The position numbers and the translations under genes were made by a program. Of a stretch of 64,000 nt of DNA, positions 28,298-39,379 are shown piece by piece (the first letter of the stretch is position 1; every line of letters starts with the position of its first letter). This stretch comes from Candidatus Omnitrophota bacterium (lineage in GTDB: Bacteria; Omnitrophota; Gorgyraeia; Zapsychrales; Zapsychraceae): positions 74,489 through 138,488 of the forward strand of contig JADFYE010000003.1 of assembly GCA_015233195.1 (NCBI GenBank). Reading direction: 5' to 3'. The notes under the pieces are model-generated. The model was not told the DNA's origin. It saw only the letters and a program-made list of their open reading frames with translations, and made no database searches.

Positions 28298-29422
28298 TTA
28301 TTTTTTTGCAGCGCTAATTATGTTGATAAATATTTGGTACGTTTTTTCGAAAATAGTTTTTGGATCATATTCCGGCAGATAACTAATGCCGTTCGCGATT
28401 ATTTTTTCTCGCAATTTATCATCTGATAATAATTTTCGCATGGCTTCTGCAAATCCCTGGATATCGTAAGGCTCGACTAATATACCAGCTTGTTTTACAA
28501 CTTCCGGGATCGAAGTGCACTTAGCCGCAATTATAGGCGTGTGGCATGCCATAGCTTCAATTAAAGGAAGCCCAAAACCTTCATAATAACTTGGAAACAC
28601 TAGAATTTTTGCTGCACTATATAACAAGTGCGGTTCACTATTTTCGAAAACCGTACCATAGAAATATACTTTATCACTTATTTGTAATTCTTCAGCAAGA
28701 TCTTTAAGCATTTTATATTGATGGGTTTGTGGTCCAGCCAGTATAAGTTTAAGTTTTGGGAATGATTTGGTTATTAAATTAAAAGCTTTAATAAGGGTTA
28801 TTATGTTTTTATGGGGTTTAAAATTCCCGATGTAAAAGATATACCCATCAGGAGCATTTAATTTTTCCCGAATTTGATTTATTTTATTTAGATCGGATTC
28901 GGGTCTATATATTGGACTTAAACTTAAAGGAATTTTTGAGATTTTATCAGAAGATATATTGTAGATTTTTTGAATATCATTTTTTGAATAGTTTGAGCAA
29001 GTTAATATGTGTTTTGCTTTATGTACAAATAATCTGCCCAAGGTATTAAAATAGATTTTGTTAAGTACGGAGGATTGATTTTTATAATATGGAAAGGTTA
29101 AATACATTAGATCCAGAATTGAACTTACTGTAGGACATTGAGCAAATATTGGTATTTTGTAATATGGCGAAAAAAATAAGTCCACTTTTTCTCTTATTAA
29201 TTGTGAGGGTAAATGTATTTGATCCCAGATAAAAGTATTACCAGGTTTTATAATAACATTTTTTAGACGGGGATCTTGATATGATATAGGTAATTCAGAA
29301 AATAAAACAATTGAATCAGTGTGCGTAGAGTTTATAAATTCTGTAATAAAATTATCTAAGTAACGTCCAATACCGGTGTAAACGCCTTTTTGGATTTCTC
29401 GAGCATCAATTCCTATTTTCAT
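28298..29422 (-). CDS. Glycosyltransferase family 4 (GT1-clan)
   Basis: 374 aa with the motif FPSYYEGFGLPLIEAMACHTPIIAAKCTSIPEV. Confidence 0.85.
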   Translation of the reverse strand: MKIGIDAREIQKGVYTGIGRYLDNFITEFINSTHTDSIVLFSELPISYQDPRLKNVIIKPGNTFIWDQIHLPSQLIREKVDLFFSPYYKIPIFAQCPTVSSILDLMYLTFPYYKNQSSVLNKIYFNTLGRLFVHKAKHILTCSNYSKNDIQKIYNISSDKISKIPLSLSPIYRPESDLNKINQIREKLNAPDGYIFYIGNFKPHKNIITLIKAFNLITKSFPKLKLILAGPQTHQYKMLKDLAEELQISDKVYFYGTVFENSEPHLLYSAAKILVFPSYYEGFGLPLIEAMACHTPIIAAKCTSIPEVVKQAGILVEPYDIQGFAEAMRKLLSDDKLREKIIANGISYLPEYDPKTIFEKTYQIFINIISAAKK

Positions 29423-29425
29423 GTT

Positions 29426-30562
29426 TTAGTTTGTTTTCTTTACTTTTTCTAGCAGTTGTTCATATAAGAATTCGGTTTGCCGGGTGTTTTTGGTAATATC
29501 AAAAAATTTCCCGGCGTGCATACGGGCATGCTGACCCAGTGCATGCCGTAGGTCATCATTGCGCAATAATTCGTAAATATTATTCGTAAAATTTTCAACA
29601 GTGTCTTGACTAATTAATATGCCAGTTATGGCGTTTTTGATTAGCTCAGGATTACCACCATCGGCTAATGCAATTACGGGTTTTCCGCAAGCCTGAGCTT
29701 CGATTATACTCCGCCCGCAAGCTTCTTTTTTTGCTACGTGCACTATTAGATCGCAAGCGTTAATGTAGTCGATTACATTTTCAACAAAACCAGTAAATAT
29801 GATATTATTTTCGAGGTGCATAGATTTTGTAAGATTTTTTAATTGTTGTATACGTTCTCCATTATCTTGTGGAAATTGATCACCAACGATTAAAAATTTG
29901 GTTTTTGGGATTTTCTTTATAACTGATTCGGCTATCGACAATAAATATTCAGGTCGTTTTCGAATGTTAAGATTTCCAAATGAACCTACAATTTTATATT
30001 CTTCTAAATTATTTTCGTATTTGATTTTTAAGGTATGCGCAAGATTAGAACGGAATATATTAATATCAACCCCGTTTATTATAACTTGGACTTTAGCGGG
30101 AATTATTCCGTTTTGTTTAAAACGTTCAGCTACAGCATTAGAATTGCATATTATCGCGCTTGGTAAAGTGATAAATTGTTTTGACTGGTCTGGCTCTTTA
30201 TCATTCAGTAGATTACGCTCATGCCATATTACGGGAATGTTTAGTGGTTTGCAGGAAAAAGCGGCAATTAAATTATTACGGGGAGAATAACTGTGTACAA
30301 TATTTATATCATGTTCTTTTATAAAATTTTTTAGGAAAGTTATGGTTTTTTGTATTTTAAAAAAATTCAATAAAGATAATTTGGGAAAAGCATTTATCGT
30401 TACGTCTACGTCAATATTTTTAGCTTGGGTTGCTAACGGACCTTCATCTGGAAGGATGACGAATTTTTTAAATGTTGGGTTTAGATGTTGCCATAGGTTT
30501 AAAAGGCTTCTCTCTCCACCGCTTATGTCAGAATGGTTATGTAGGTATAAAATATTTGGCAT
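29426..30562 (-). CDS. Glycosyltransferase family 4
   Basis: The start was trimmed from TTG 30580 to ATG 30562 (MPNILYLHNHSDISGGERS...). The C-terminal motif is KEACGRSIIEAQACGKPVIALADGG. Confidence 0.8.
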   Translation of the reverse strand: MPNILYLHNHSDISGGERSLLNLWQHLNPTFKKFVILPDEGPLATQAKNIDVDVTINAFPKLSLLNFFKIQKTITFLKNFIKEHDINIVHSYSPRNNLIAAFSCKPLNIPVIWHERNLLNDKEPDQSKQFITLPSAIICNSNAVAERFKQNGIIPAKVQVIINGVDINIFRSNLAHTLKIKYENNLEEYKIVGSFGNLNIRKRPEYLLSIAESVIKKIPKTKFLIVGDQFPQDNGERIQQLKNLTKSMHLENNIIFTGFVENVIDYINACDLIVHVAKKEACGRSIIEAQACGKPVIALADGGNPELIKNAITGILISQDTVENFTNNIYELLRNDDLRHALGQHARMHAGKFFDITKNTRQTEFLYEQLLEKVKKTN

Positions 30563-30563
30563 A

Positions 30564-31568
30564 TTATGTCCGGTTAACAATATTTATTAAATTTTGCATT
30601 CTTATTTTATATGTATGTTCGCTTTGTGTAAATTGCATTCCTTGTTGAGCTATAAGATTACGTTCGCGATCATTATTTAAATAATATTTAATTTTGTTTT
30701 TGAGGTCAGCAATATTTGAGAATAATTTTAGGTGGATATTATCAGTAAAAAGAGTTTTTACGTCTTTTTGTTCATCACATATAACAAAACTTCCGCAGGA
30801 TAAAGCTTCGAATAATTTTGGGCTGGCTTGATACGACGGGGTTTTTCCGTCTTGGTAGTGTATTACCAGAATTATTTTTGACGCGCTGTATATTTTACGC
30901 CATTGGTCTACAGTAATTGGTTTGCTGTTTATTTTTATGCGTAATTTAGAGCCCAAGGGTATTTTATTCCAGTTGGGTCCCCAAATTTTTATATTAAAAT
31001 CTGATAATTCTTCAAATATTTGTTCCCGGTTAGGATAATATGCTCCGACAAAAGTTATGTCCGCCTCGTATAAAGCTTTGTCAGTTTTACTAAGTTCGAC
31101 TTTTTTATGATGTTCAGGTGAGCAAGCAAAGGGTATCCATTGGGGATTTTTTATTCCAGCATTATGTAAAGGTTCGATGGCTTCAGTACCTGAATAAAAA
31201 ATATGATCATAGAATGCTGCACTTTTTAATATATGAAAAAAATCACTTGGTACATCGGTAGTTAATAATGCAATTTTAGATCCTAGAGTTTTAAGAGTTT
31301 TTAAAGTTTTTATTGAAGTGCGGTATCCGCCGCACATTAGGCAAAGTTCAGGTCTGAAAACTGTGGCTTGCTTGATTAATTTGTAGTTTAAGTATGCGTT
31401 ATCTATCGAGTATAAAAAGGGAAAAGTTTTATGGATGCGTCCGGGCAGAATAAAATTACGGTCGTTGAAGAAAATAACTTCATGACCTAATTGGCGCAAG
31501 GCTTCTACTCTGTAAACATTGGTATTCGTATAATTAGGATTTAAGTTGCTGACTAAAATTATTTTCAT
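30564..31568 (-). CDS. CgeB-like glycosyltransferase (Glyco_trans_1_2-type C-terminal domain)
   Basis: 334 aa. FVGAYYPNREQIFEEL...IKIWGPNW...SPKLFEALSCGSFVICDEQ matches the CgeB/spore-maturation-like GT pattern. Confidence 0.6.
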   Translation of the reverse strand: MKIILVSNLNPNYTNTNVYRVEALRQLGHEVIFFNDRNFILPGRIHKTFPFLYSIDNAYLNYKLIKQATVFRPELCLMCGGYRTSIKTLKTLKTLGSKIALLTTDVPSDFFHILKSAAFYDHIFYSGTEAIEPLHNAGIKNPQWIPFACSPEHHKKVELSKTDKALYEADITFVGAYYPNREQIFEELSDFNIKIWGPNWNKIPLGSKLRIKINSKPITVDQWRKIYSASKIILVIHYQDGKTPSYQASPKLFEALSCGSFVICDEQKDVKTLFTDNIHLKLFSNIADLKNKIKYYLNNDRERNLIAQQGMQFTQSEHTYKIRMQNLINIVNRT

Positions 31569-32461
31569 TTTGAGTAATTTCTATACTTGACCCACTTTAT
31601 TAGGGGAAATTCAAAAATTAGCCAAATAAATATTTTTATGGTTTGAAGCGAATCCAATTTTATAGCACGATGAAACCATTGCCATGCTTCTTTCCATTGT
31701 CCGGCAAAGCAACGTAATTTACCTAATCTTTTCAGGTGCTGTATTAAAAGCTCTGGTACTTCTTGGAATTTTGAGTAATGTTTATTTATCATGCGTTCAC
31801 GTCCAGCTATCAATAATGGAAGATTTTTTGATATTTGGATATCATGCTCGAATATTTTAACTAAAATTTCAGGAATTGCGGCGAATTCGTAATGTTCTGA
31901 TATTCGTAACCACATGTCCCAATCTTGGCAGCTTTTTAACTCTTCGTCGAATAATCCAGTTTTTTCAAAACATTCTTTTTTTACCATGACTCGGGAAACG
32001 CTCCCTATTATTGAGCCTTTTAGTAATTGTTTATAAAGATTGCCGCTTAAATTTATGTTGCAGGTTTTATTTACATGATTATTTGAAGATTTTATATATA
32101 TGCTTCCAGTATAAACTATTCCGATATTTAAAGCTGAAGTATTAAACAGCTTTACTTGTTTAGCGATTTTTTCCGGAAGCCATTCATCATCATCATCTAA
32201 AAAAGCGATCAAAAAACCTTGTGCGTTTTTAATTCCAATGTTACGGGCGGCTGGACCACCCAGGTTTGAATTCAGACGGATATATTTTATGCGTTTATCA
32301 GTGAATTGTTCAATTATGTTTTGCGTATGGTCAGAGGAGCCATTATCGACTATTATTAATTCGAATTTTGAATAGGTTTGTTTAAGAACACTTTGGATGG
32401 CTCGGGTTAACAGATAGCCTCTATTGTATGTGGTAATTATTGCGGTAATTAAAGGTTCCAT
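31565..32461 (-). CDS. Glycosyltransferase family 2
   Basis: 298 aa. ITAIITTYNRGYLLTRAIQSVLKQTY...ELIIVDNGSSD...AFLDDDDEW is the GT-A DxD architecture. Confidence 0.88.
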   Translation of the reverse strand: MEPLITAIITTYNRGYLLTRAIQSVLKQTYSKFELIIVDNGSSDHTQNIIEQFTDKRIKYIRLNSNLGGPAARNIGIKNAQGFLIAFLDDDDEWLPEKIAKQVKLFNTSALNIGIVYTGSIYIKSSNNHVNKTCNINLSGNLYKQLLKGSIIGSVSRVMVKKECFEKTGLFDEELKSCQDWDMWLRISEHYEFAAIPEILVKIFEHDIQISKNLPLLIAGRERMINKHYSKFQEVPELLIQHLKRLGKLRCFAGQWKEAWQWFHRAIKLDSLQTIKIFIWLIFEFPLIKWVKYRNYSK

Positions 32462-32463
32462 AA

Positions 32464-33660
32464 TTAATTATTTAAGAGTTTTAAAAATAGTTTATTAAGT
32501 CTAAAATTTAATTCATCAATATCAAATTTTTTAATATTTTTTAACGCGTTTTTTTTCATATCTGCTCGTAATTTAGGGTTAAGGATCAACATTTTAATTT
32601 TTTCCGCATAAACTGAAGGATTATTACTTTTAATTAGAAAACCGCTGTTTTCATTAATAACGATATCACTTATTGATCCTATTTCCGGTGCAATTACTGG
32701 TAATCCAGCTGCTTGGGCTTCCATCAAGGCAACGGGTAAAACTTCGGCTTCGCTGGTTGAAATAAATATATCAGCCTCAGCTAATTGGGTATAAACATCA
32801 TCTTGGGGCAATGCGCCGAGACATTTTACGATATTGCTTAATTGTAATCGGGTAATTTTTAGATCAATATCCGGTCGCATTGGTCCTTCGCCTATTAGAC
32901 GATATTCTATATCAAAATGTTCAGGCATTTCTGTAATTTTTTTAATTACATCAAGAGCGAATATAATGTTTTTTTCTTTAACTAATCGAGCTACAGTAAT
33001 AATAATAATTTTCTTTTCATGACCATAACTTTGGATAATATTTTTCTGATCAATCCCAACCGGGTGATGGATTATTTTTTCAATTGGGCAGCCTAATTTT
33101 ATCAAGGCATCAGTATTTGAAAAAGCGATACTTAAGAATAGACTCCCATGCTCAAATAATTTAGAGTAATCAGTATGATTTGCTATGGCTTGTCTGATGT
33201 CGTAACCATGAAACATGGTTACGATTTTACCTTTTATACCGAGTTCGTTTAAGGTAACGGCGAGATTACCGTTATGTCCAAAATGACAGAAAAAAATATC
33301 AACGGGAGTTTTTATGAAATAACTGCTTTTAATCAATAAGTTTAATGATAAAGCTTCTTTTCCGTATTTTAAAAAATTTAAGGAATTCAGAATGATTTTG
33401 GGGCTAATAAAAATATTTTTTATAAATATGAATATGCCTAGGATTATTTTAAGGATAAAAAAGTGCGGTCGGTCATTGTGGTAATATGTTTTATTCAATA
33501 GATTATAAGTACGCACGTCGGGATGAACAATAATATCATTCGAGTGGGCAGCGGAAAATATGGTAATTTCATGACCTTGTTTTATCAGCCCAGTGATCTG
33601 GTTTAAAATAAAAGTTTCAGATATGGACGGAAAAACATCAATTAAAAAAGCTATTCGCAT
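32464..33660 (-). CDS. Glycosyltransferase family 4
   Basis: 398 aa with the C-terminal motif TSEAEVLPVALMEAQAAGLPVIAPEIGS. Confidence 0.8.
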   Translation of the reverse strand: MRIAFLIDVFPSISETFILNQITGLIKQGHEITIFSAAHSNDIIVHPDVRTYNLLNKTYYHNDRPHFFILKIILGIFIFIKNIFISPKIILNSLNFLKYGKEALSLNLLIKSSYFIKTPVDIFFCHFGHNGNLAVTLNELGIKGKIVTMFHGYDIRQAIANHTDYSKLFEHGSLFLSIAFSNTDALIKLGCPIEKIIHHPVGIDQKNIIQSYGHEKKIIIITVARLVKEKNIIFALDVIKKITEMPEHFDIEYRLIGEGPMRPDIDLKITRLQLSNIVKCLGALPQDDVYTQLAEADIFISTSEAEVLPVALMEAQAAGLPVIAPEIGSISDIVINENSGFLIKSNNPSVYAEKIKMLILNPKLRADMKKNALKNIKKFDIDELNFRLNKLFLKLLNN

Positions 33661-33669
33661 AATTTAACT

Positions 33670-35601
33670 TCACCTTATTTTTTGCGTAACTGTATATCTA
33701 TACCATATGATAACTGATAGAACTCTCCACAAAAGTACTGGATCATATTGCAAAAGTTTTTCATAATTGTTCCAGTATTTTAAAGATGGATCAAGCCGGG
33801 TAATATCTTCCAGCAGCGGTTTAAATACATTGCGGTATTTTAGAAAATAATTTTTGTATGGGAATTTAAAGCCCATTTTGTCTCTGCGCCAGGTTATTTC
33901 TTTAGGTAGATATTTTTCCATTGATTTACGGATAATATATTTGGTCCAACCGTTTTTAAAAAGATAGGTTATAGGCAGTCGTAATCCAAATTCAATAATC
34001 CGATAATCAAGCAGCGGGAATCTATGCTCGATTGGAATGCCCATAGTAAAATGGTCGCTGCTGCGCATATAAAACGGTAATAAAGCAGTTTGAAAATGAT
34101 ATAAAGTTCGTTGATGGAAATTGAGCTTTGGGTATTCTAAACTAAGTTGTTTTGCTTTGGTATCATTTGACAGTTGGAATTCTTTGTCTGTTTTATTTTT
34201 GATATTTAATGGGTTCAACAAAATGTTAAGATAGTTTTTAAATGTAGCAGTGGTATTTTTAATATTACGATATCTACGGCAAAATTCATGCCAATCCGCG
34301 TGAAAGCGTTGTTTGCTGTTACCATTATTTAATTCACGGTATGCTGCAGACCAAAAACTGCTCTCATATCCAGCAAATACTTCATCACCTCCAGCTCCAG
34401 TTATGACTACGTCAGTATGCTGATGTTTCATTTGATTAAGCATCTGGTAATGGGTATACGCGTTTGGATTATCGAATGGTTCTTCCATTAATTGGTTGAA
34501 CATGGGGTAATCATATGAAAATTGATTTTCTATGCCTTGAATCACATTAAAATCTAGGTCATATTTTTTAGTCATTTTACGGGCTAAAGGCTCTTCATTT
34601 GCGTCAGATATTTTGGCAGTAAAAGTTTTTATCTTTTTTTTAGAAATTAGGGCTGCGGCAGCTACGATCGATGAACTGTCTAATCCTCCGCTAAGTTCGA
34701 ACGCTATTGGAACGTCAGAACGCATGCGTATTTCTACAGCATTGAATAATAATTCTTGAAAAATTTTTACTGCGCGGTCCGTATCAATATCTTTTTCTTT
34801 CCATCTGTTTTGCGGTAGATACCAATAATGTTGGATTTGACTTGGTTGAAGTTGATGTTCATTGGGACGGATTACAACCATGGATGCTGGAGGAATGCTG
34901 TGAATTTGGCTGTAAAAAGTTGAACAATTATGGTCTTTAATTCCAGTTTGAATAAATCCTATAATTGTATCATCATTCAAATCAAGATCATTAGGGGATA
35001 TATCGATTAAGGATTCTAAATAACTGGAGAAGTAAAGTCCTTGGGGTGTGTTGCGGTAATATAGCGGTGCTACTCCTATTCGATCTCTGCAAAGCAGTAT
35101 CTCGTTGGTGCGTTTATCGTATAAAGCGATTGCCCAAAAACCATTAGCTTTGTTCCAAAATTCATGTCCCCATATTCTGTATCCCTCAACCATAACTTCA
35201 GTATCAGATCTGGTACGGAACACAACACCAGCTTGTTGCAGTTTCTCTTTCAATTCCAAATAATTGTAGATCTCGCCGTGAAATATCGCGATTATATTTT
35301 GATCTGCCGATATAAATGGTTGATGAGCTTTTTCAGATAGATCAATGATGGAATAACGAGTGTGAATAAAAGCAACGTCATGCATTATCGCGTTTTTTTT
35401 GGTTATTAATGGTAAATATCGGGGTAATTCCGGTGAACTTTTTACGGTAGAATAAGGATAGTTAGTAGTATTAAAACGATTTATTAGATGTATACCTTCG
35501 TCATCCGGACCACGTTTACGGATCGGAAAAAGAAGTTTTTCCAATATTTCTTCATTTAAATTTTGAGGTTGCTTTAATATATATCCTGCTATGCCACACA
35601 T
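33670..35601 (-). CDS. Asparagine synthase (glutamine-hydrolysing)-like amidotransferase, EPS-locus type
   Basis: 643 aa. MCGIAGY provides the Ntn Cys2. ELSGGLDSS is the PP-loop SGGxDS motif. Confidence 0.85.
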   Translation of the reverse strand: MCGIAGYILKQPQNLNEEILEKLLFPIRKRGPDDEGIHLINRFNTTNYPYSTVKSSPELPRYLPLITKKNAIMHDVAFIHTRYSIIDLSEKAHQPFISADQNIIAIFHGEIYNYLELKEKLQQAGVVFRTRSDTEVMVEGYRIWGHEFWNKANGFWAIALYDKRTNEILLCRDRIGVAPLYYRNTPQGLYFSSYLESLIDISPNDLDLNDDTIIGFIQTGIKDHNCSTFYSQIHSIPPASMVVIRPNEHQLQPSQIQHYWYLPQNRWKEKDIDTDRAVKIFQELLFNAVEIRMRSDVPIAFELSGGLDSSSIVAAAALISKKKIKTFTAKISDANEEPLARKMTKKYDLDFNVIQGIENQFSYDYPMFNQLMEEPFDNPNAYTHYQMLNQMKHQHTDVVITGAGGDEVFAGYESSFWSAAYRELNNGNSKQRFHADWHEFCRRYRNIKNTTATFKNYLNILLNPLNIKNKTDKEFQLSNDTKAKQLSLEYPKLNFHQRTLYHFQTALLPFYMRSSDHFTMGIPIEHRFPLLDYRIIEFGLRLPITYLFKNGWTKYIIRKSMEKYLPKEITWRRDKMGFKFPYKNYFLKYRNVFKPLLEDITRLDPSLKYWNNYEKLLQYDPVLLWRVLSVIIWYRYTVTQKIR

Positions 35602-35602
35602 A

Positions 35603-37078
35603 TTAGTGGGTTCTTCCTTTTAATAATATTGCTAGATGTGGATTTTTAATTTTTAATTTCAAAGGATTTGGTGGATGTGGTCTTGCTGGCGTGTTGGATT
35701 CGTTTGTGTTCTGTATAGGTTGCAAATCCGGATCTACGTATGGAATTGACATGACTATAGCGGCTAATAACCAATAGGGCTCCATAATACGGATTATTAT
35801 AAAAGTATTAGCGGTTATCGCATGAACTAATAGCCCAATGTTTCCTGCTATAAATCCTAACGCAATACCTTTTAATAAGTTATTTTTAGTCATACGATAA
35901 TATTTAAAACTTAGGCGGATTATATGGTATATAAGCAGCAAAAATGCAGTGAGTCCAAGTAAGCCTAGTTCGCCTAAAATTCTAAAATATTGACCATCGA
36001 GGAAACCGATTGAAGTTACTCCATGTCCCCAAAAAGGTTTTTCTTTCCATTTTTCAATAACAATTTTCCAACTGCGGATACGTTCTGAAGCTGACCCTCC
36101 TAACTTTATGTCTCCAATTGTTTCTGCCTGGGTCCATCGGTCTGGAGTAAAAGCATCTGTAATACGGCTTTTGATATTTTGTGGGAAAAAAAACATTGAG
36201 ACTATAATTAGTAATATAAGAATTCCTAAAAGAAAATTTCTGGCTTTACTTTTTATGAGCCAAATGAACGAAAGATACATTGGTATTATTGCAGAATATG
36301 AAGCTCTAGATAAAGTATATGTGAAAGGTATTAAAGAAAATATCGTTAAACCCAGGAGAATATATTTATAGTTTAGAAAATTTTTATATATGATTAAACC
36401 TATAGTTAAAGCGATTATTAACACCTGATAACCCCCTAAAGTATTAGGCTCTCCGCGAAGTCCTTCGAATGGAGCTGAAACTCGTATGCCATGCCCGATT
36501 TGTACAGCAGCGCAGATGTTAACTATAAAGAAAGTTAACAATATTGCAAAAATGTAAAATTTAATTTGTTTGATGGTTTTTATGTGGGCTAGGGCTATAA
36601 AAAATACAAAGAAATATTCGAGATATTTGAGTATATAAAAAGTTCCGTTCATCCACTTTAATTGTCCGCCGATTACTCCTTTCATTGTAGAAAAAATGAA
36701 TACGGCAGAATAAAAAAGTATAAATATATTTAATGGACATTTTGGTATAACGCGGGTAGATGGCTGCAATACTAATTTTAGAAACCACCCCATTATGAAC
36801 GATATGATCAAAAGATCATCAAGTCGTATCATTATAGGTCGGGCTGCTTTGGGATCGCCTATGATATATTCCGGAGATAATAACATTGCTGCGATAAGTA
36901 AAAATATGGCGATATCAGGACGTAGGACTACTAATAAAAATCCGCATATTACCGCAAAAATTATAATTGTGATAGTGGGTGTTGAGATTGCAATAGAATA
37001 ACTTACCAGCATACTAATCAATATGACCAGCAAGGCTGATATTACGATCGAAGTCTGACGGTTGTCATTCAACGGCAT
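35603..37078 (-). CDS. O-antigen ligase/polymerase-like (Wzy_C-type) polytopic membrane protein
   Basis: 491 aa with about 10 or more hydrophobic helices. A central loop with TLSRASYSAII fits the Wzy_C/O-antigen-ligase family. Confidence 0.7.
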   Translation of the reverse strand: MPLNDNRQTSIVISALLVILISMLVSYSIAISTPTITIIIFAVICGFLLVVLRPDIAIFLLIAAMLLSPEYIIGDPKAARPIMIRLDDLLIISFIMGWFLKLVLQPSTRVIPKCPLNIFILFYSAVFIFSTMKGVIGGQLKWMNGTFYILKYLEYFFVFFIALAHIKTIKQIKFYIFAILLTFFIVNICAAVQIGHGIRVSAPFEGLRGEPNTLGGYQVLIIALTIGLIIYKNFLNYKYILLGLTIFSLIPFTYTLSRASYSAIIPMYLSFIWLIKSKARNFLLGILILLIIVSMFFFPQNIKSRITDAFTPDRWTQAETIGDIKLGGSASERIRSWKIVIEKWKEKPFWGHGVTSIGFLDGQYFRILGELGLLGLTAFLLLIYHIIRLSFKYYRMTKNNLLKGIALGFIAGNIGLLVHAITANTFIIIRIMEPYWLLAAIVMSIPYVDPDLQPIQNTNESNTPARPHPPNPLKLKIKNPHLAILLKGRTH

Positions 37079-37089
37079 AGTATGTGTAT

Positions 37090-39333
37090 TTAGAGGTTGA
37101 AAGTTTGACCGGTATTTTTATTTGGCTCAGGTTTATTACCGGTTTCACTGTAATAACGGTAATAATAAGCAGAATATCCGACTTGGGCTTCAGTTTTCAT
37201 ATTGTTAAGAATTACGCCTAGCAGGTTGGCTCCGGCATTTAATAAATTGGTCTTTGCCATATTAAGGACATCTTTACTGGTATGACCGACTTTATATACT
37301 AACATAACAGCGTCGACACGGTCGGCTAATGTAACCGCGTCTGGAACTGCCATAACTGGCGAACAATCAACGATGATTATTTCATAATAGTTTTTTAATT
37401 CGTTAAGCAGTTTGTCATATTGAGGTGAAGTTAATATTTCAGAAACATTATCTACAGCACGTCCGCTGGTTAATATATTTAAATTATTCAAACCAGGCAT
37501 ACGGAGCAGATCATCAACATTCACTCCACCAACTAAAATATCAGTAGCAGTATTTACAGCCTCTTTCCAAGTAATGTTACCAATCAGGACATCAGTTAGT
37601 CCAGGTGAGCGGTGTAACCCGAAAGTTTTATATATTGTAGGACGGCGTAAGTTATTACCTAAAAGCAGAGTTTTTTTGCCTAATTGGGCTAATGATAAGG
37701 CAAGGTTCATCACTAGAGTGGATTTACCCTCTTGTTTGTCTGAACTGGTAAATAAAAAGGTTTTATATCCATGGATTTTATTATATTGGATGATTTTTGT
37801 GCGGAGCATTTTTATGGTTTCTGCTGGCCAAGATTTAGGCGAGGTTATAGCTACTAATCGCGCTTGTTGTAATAGTATTTTTTGTTCTTTCTCATTTAAA
37901 TGTAGCCCCAGTTCTTTATCTGACCAGATTTCTTCTTTTTTAATATGTGGGATAATTCCTAGAATATTCAGGTTCAGAACTTTCTCGATGTCGCTTATGG
38001 ATGAGATTGATGAATCAAGACTCTCTCCGATAAAAGCAAAGAATAGTCCTAACAAAAATCCCAAAGCTATACCCATAAGGTAATTCATGCGTATATTGGG
38101 TCTAAATGGTATCTTTGGCACATCAGCTGGGGAAACTACGGTTACTACATCATCGATAACTTTGGCTTGTTCGAGTTTGGCGTCGGACTGTTTATTTAGA
38201 AGTTCATCGTATGAGGTGACTAAGCGATCGACATTTCGTTTTAATCTTACATATTCTAATTGATTTGAAGATAAAGAACCGCTATCCCCATAGAACCGGT
38301 TTACTATCCGGTAGAGAACTTCTCTCTGGGTATCTAAAAATAATTTTTTTAGAGATAAAGATAATTGGGCTTCTTGTTCCGGGGTTATTTTGACATTTGA
38401 AAAATTTTTGATCATATCGACTATTTTTTGTTTCACGCCTGAAATTATTTTATCTTTGGCTATAACTTCAGGATGTTTTTCAGTGTAATCGATTAATAGT
38501 AAAAACCGGTCAAATTCCAGCTCAAGCAATCGACGTTTTAAACCAACAAAAATATAATTTTCAGATAGAGCTTTATCGATAGTAGTCTCAAATAATGTGG
38601 CATTTTGTGATTTTAGTTGGTCATCAATCTTTTTAAGATTGGTTTCAATTTCTAACATTTGGGTTTCAAATTCAAATGTGCCTTGGATAGTCATACGGTC
38701 AAGTACTTCTTTAATTTTGGGTGTTACTTCAAAAACTTTTTCATTTTGACTAAATTTTTGCAGTTTGACTTCTTCTTTTTCCAGTTCATCTTTGTATTTA
38801 TCAAGCTGCATATTTATGTAGGATAATACTGATTCAGATTGTTTTTTACGTCCAGATACGTTTTCTACGATGTAAACATCAGCGATGGCTTTTGCCATTA
38901 AAGCGGCTTTTTGCGGGTCATTAGATTCAGTGGTGATTCGGACAATATTGGTGTTAGGGATTTGCTCAATGATTAAATTTTTTTGGTATTGCATTGATAA
39001 TGCATGCAATGCAGTATCGCGCTCTTCAGACTCAGGAGGGAGTACCTCTATTTTTTCTGCTACTTTTCGTAGGATCGGAAGACTTTTTAACATCAATATC
39101 TCAGTTGCTAAATTTTGAGAATCTTCTTGTTTTATAACTCCGCCTTGACCTGCGATTAATCCGACCTGTGGACGTTCGATACGCAGCTCTAAGCTAGCTT
39201 GATAAATTGGTTTTTGTAATTTAGTGAATACAATTACGGACAAGAATACAATTATAAAAACCCGGACTATTGTCCATTTCTGTTTTCTAATTATGCGCCA
39301 GTATTCTGATAAAGTTACTTCATATTCCTGCAT
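37090..39333 (-). CDS. Polysaccharide co-polymerase / BY-tyrosine autokinase (Wzc/GumC-like)
   Basis: 747 aa. It has an N-terminal Wzz-type TM plus coiled-coil periplasmic region, a second TM, a C-terminal P-loop (SSDKQEGKSTLVMNLA) and a Tyr-rich tail (GYSAYYYRYYSE). Confidence 0.85.
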   Translation of the reverse strand: MQEYEVTLSEYWRIIRKQKWTIVRVFIIVFLSVIVFTKLQKPIYQASLELRIERPQVGLIAGQGGVIKQEDSQNLATEILMLKSLPILRKVAEKIEVLPPESEERDTALHALSMQYQKNLIIEQIPNTNIVRITTESNDPQKAALMAKAIADVYIVENVSGRKKQSESVLSYINMQLDKYKDELEKEEVKLQKFSQNEKVFEVTPKIKEVLDRMTIQGTFEFETQMLEIETNLKKIDDQLKSQNATLFETTIDKALSENYIFVGLKRRLLELEFDRFLLLIDYTEKHPEVIAKDKIISGVKQKIVDMIKNFSNVKITPEQEAQLSLSLKKLFLDTQREVLYRIVNRFYGDSGSLSSNQLEYVRLKRNVDRLVTSYDELLNKQSDAKLEQAKVIDDVVTVVSPADVPKIPFRPNIRMNYLMGIALGFLLGLFFAFIGESLDSSISSISDIEKVLNLNILGIIPHIKKEEIWSDKELGLHLNEKEQKILLQQARLVAITSPKSWPAETIKMLRTKIIQYNKIHGYKTFLFTSSDKQEGKSTLVMNLALSLAQLGKKTLLLGNNLRRPTIYKTFGLHRSPGLTDVLIGNITWKEAVNTATDILVGGVNVDDLLRMPGLNNLNILTSGRAVDNVSEILTSPQYDKLLNELKNYYEIIIVDCSPVMAVPDAVTLADRVDAVMLVYKVGHTSKDVLNMAKTNLLNAGANLLGVILNNMKTEAQVGYSAYYYRYYSETGNKPEPNKNTGQTFNL

Positions 39334-39379
39334 TGAACGTCTTTCTTTTTTTATTTGTTACTTTTTACTCTCTTCTCTC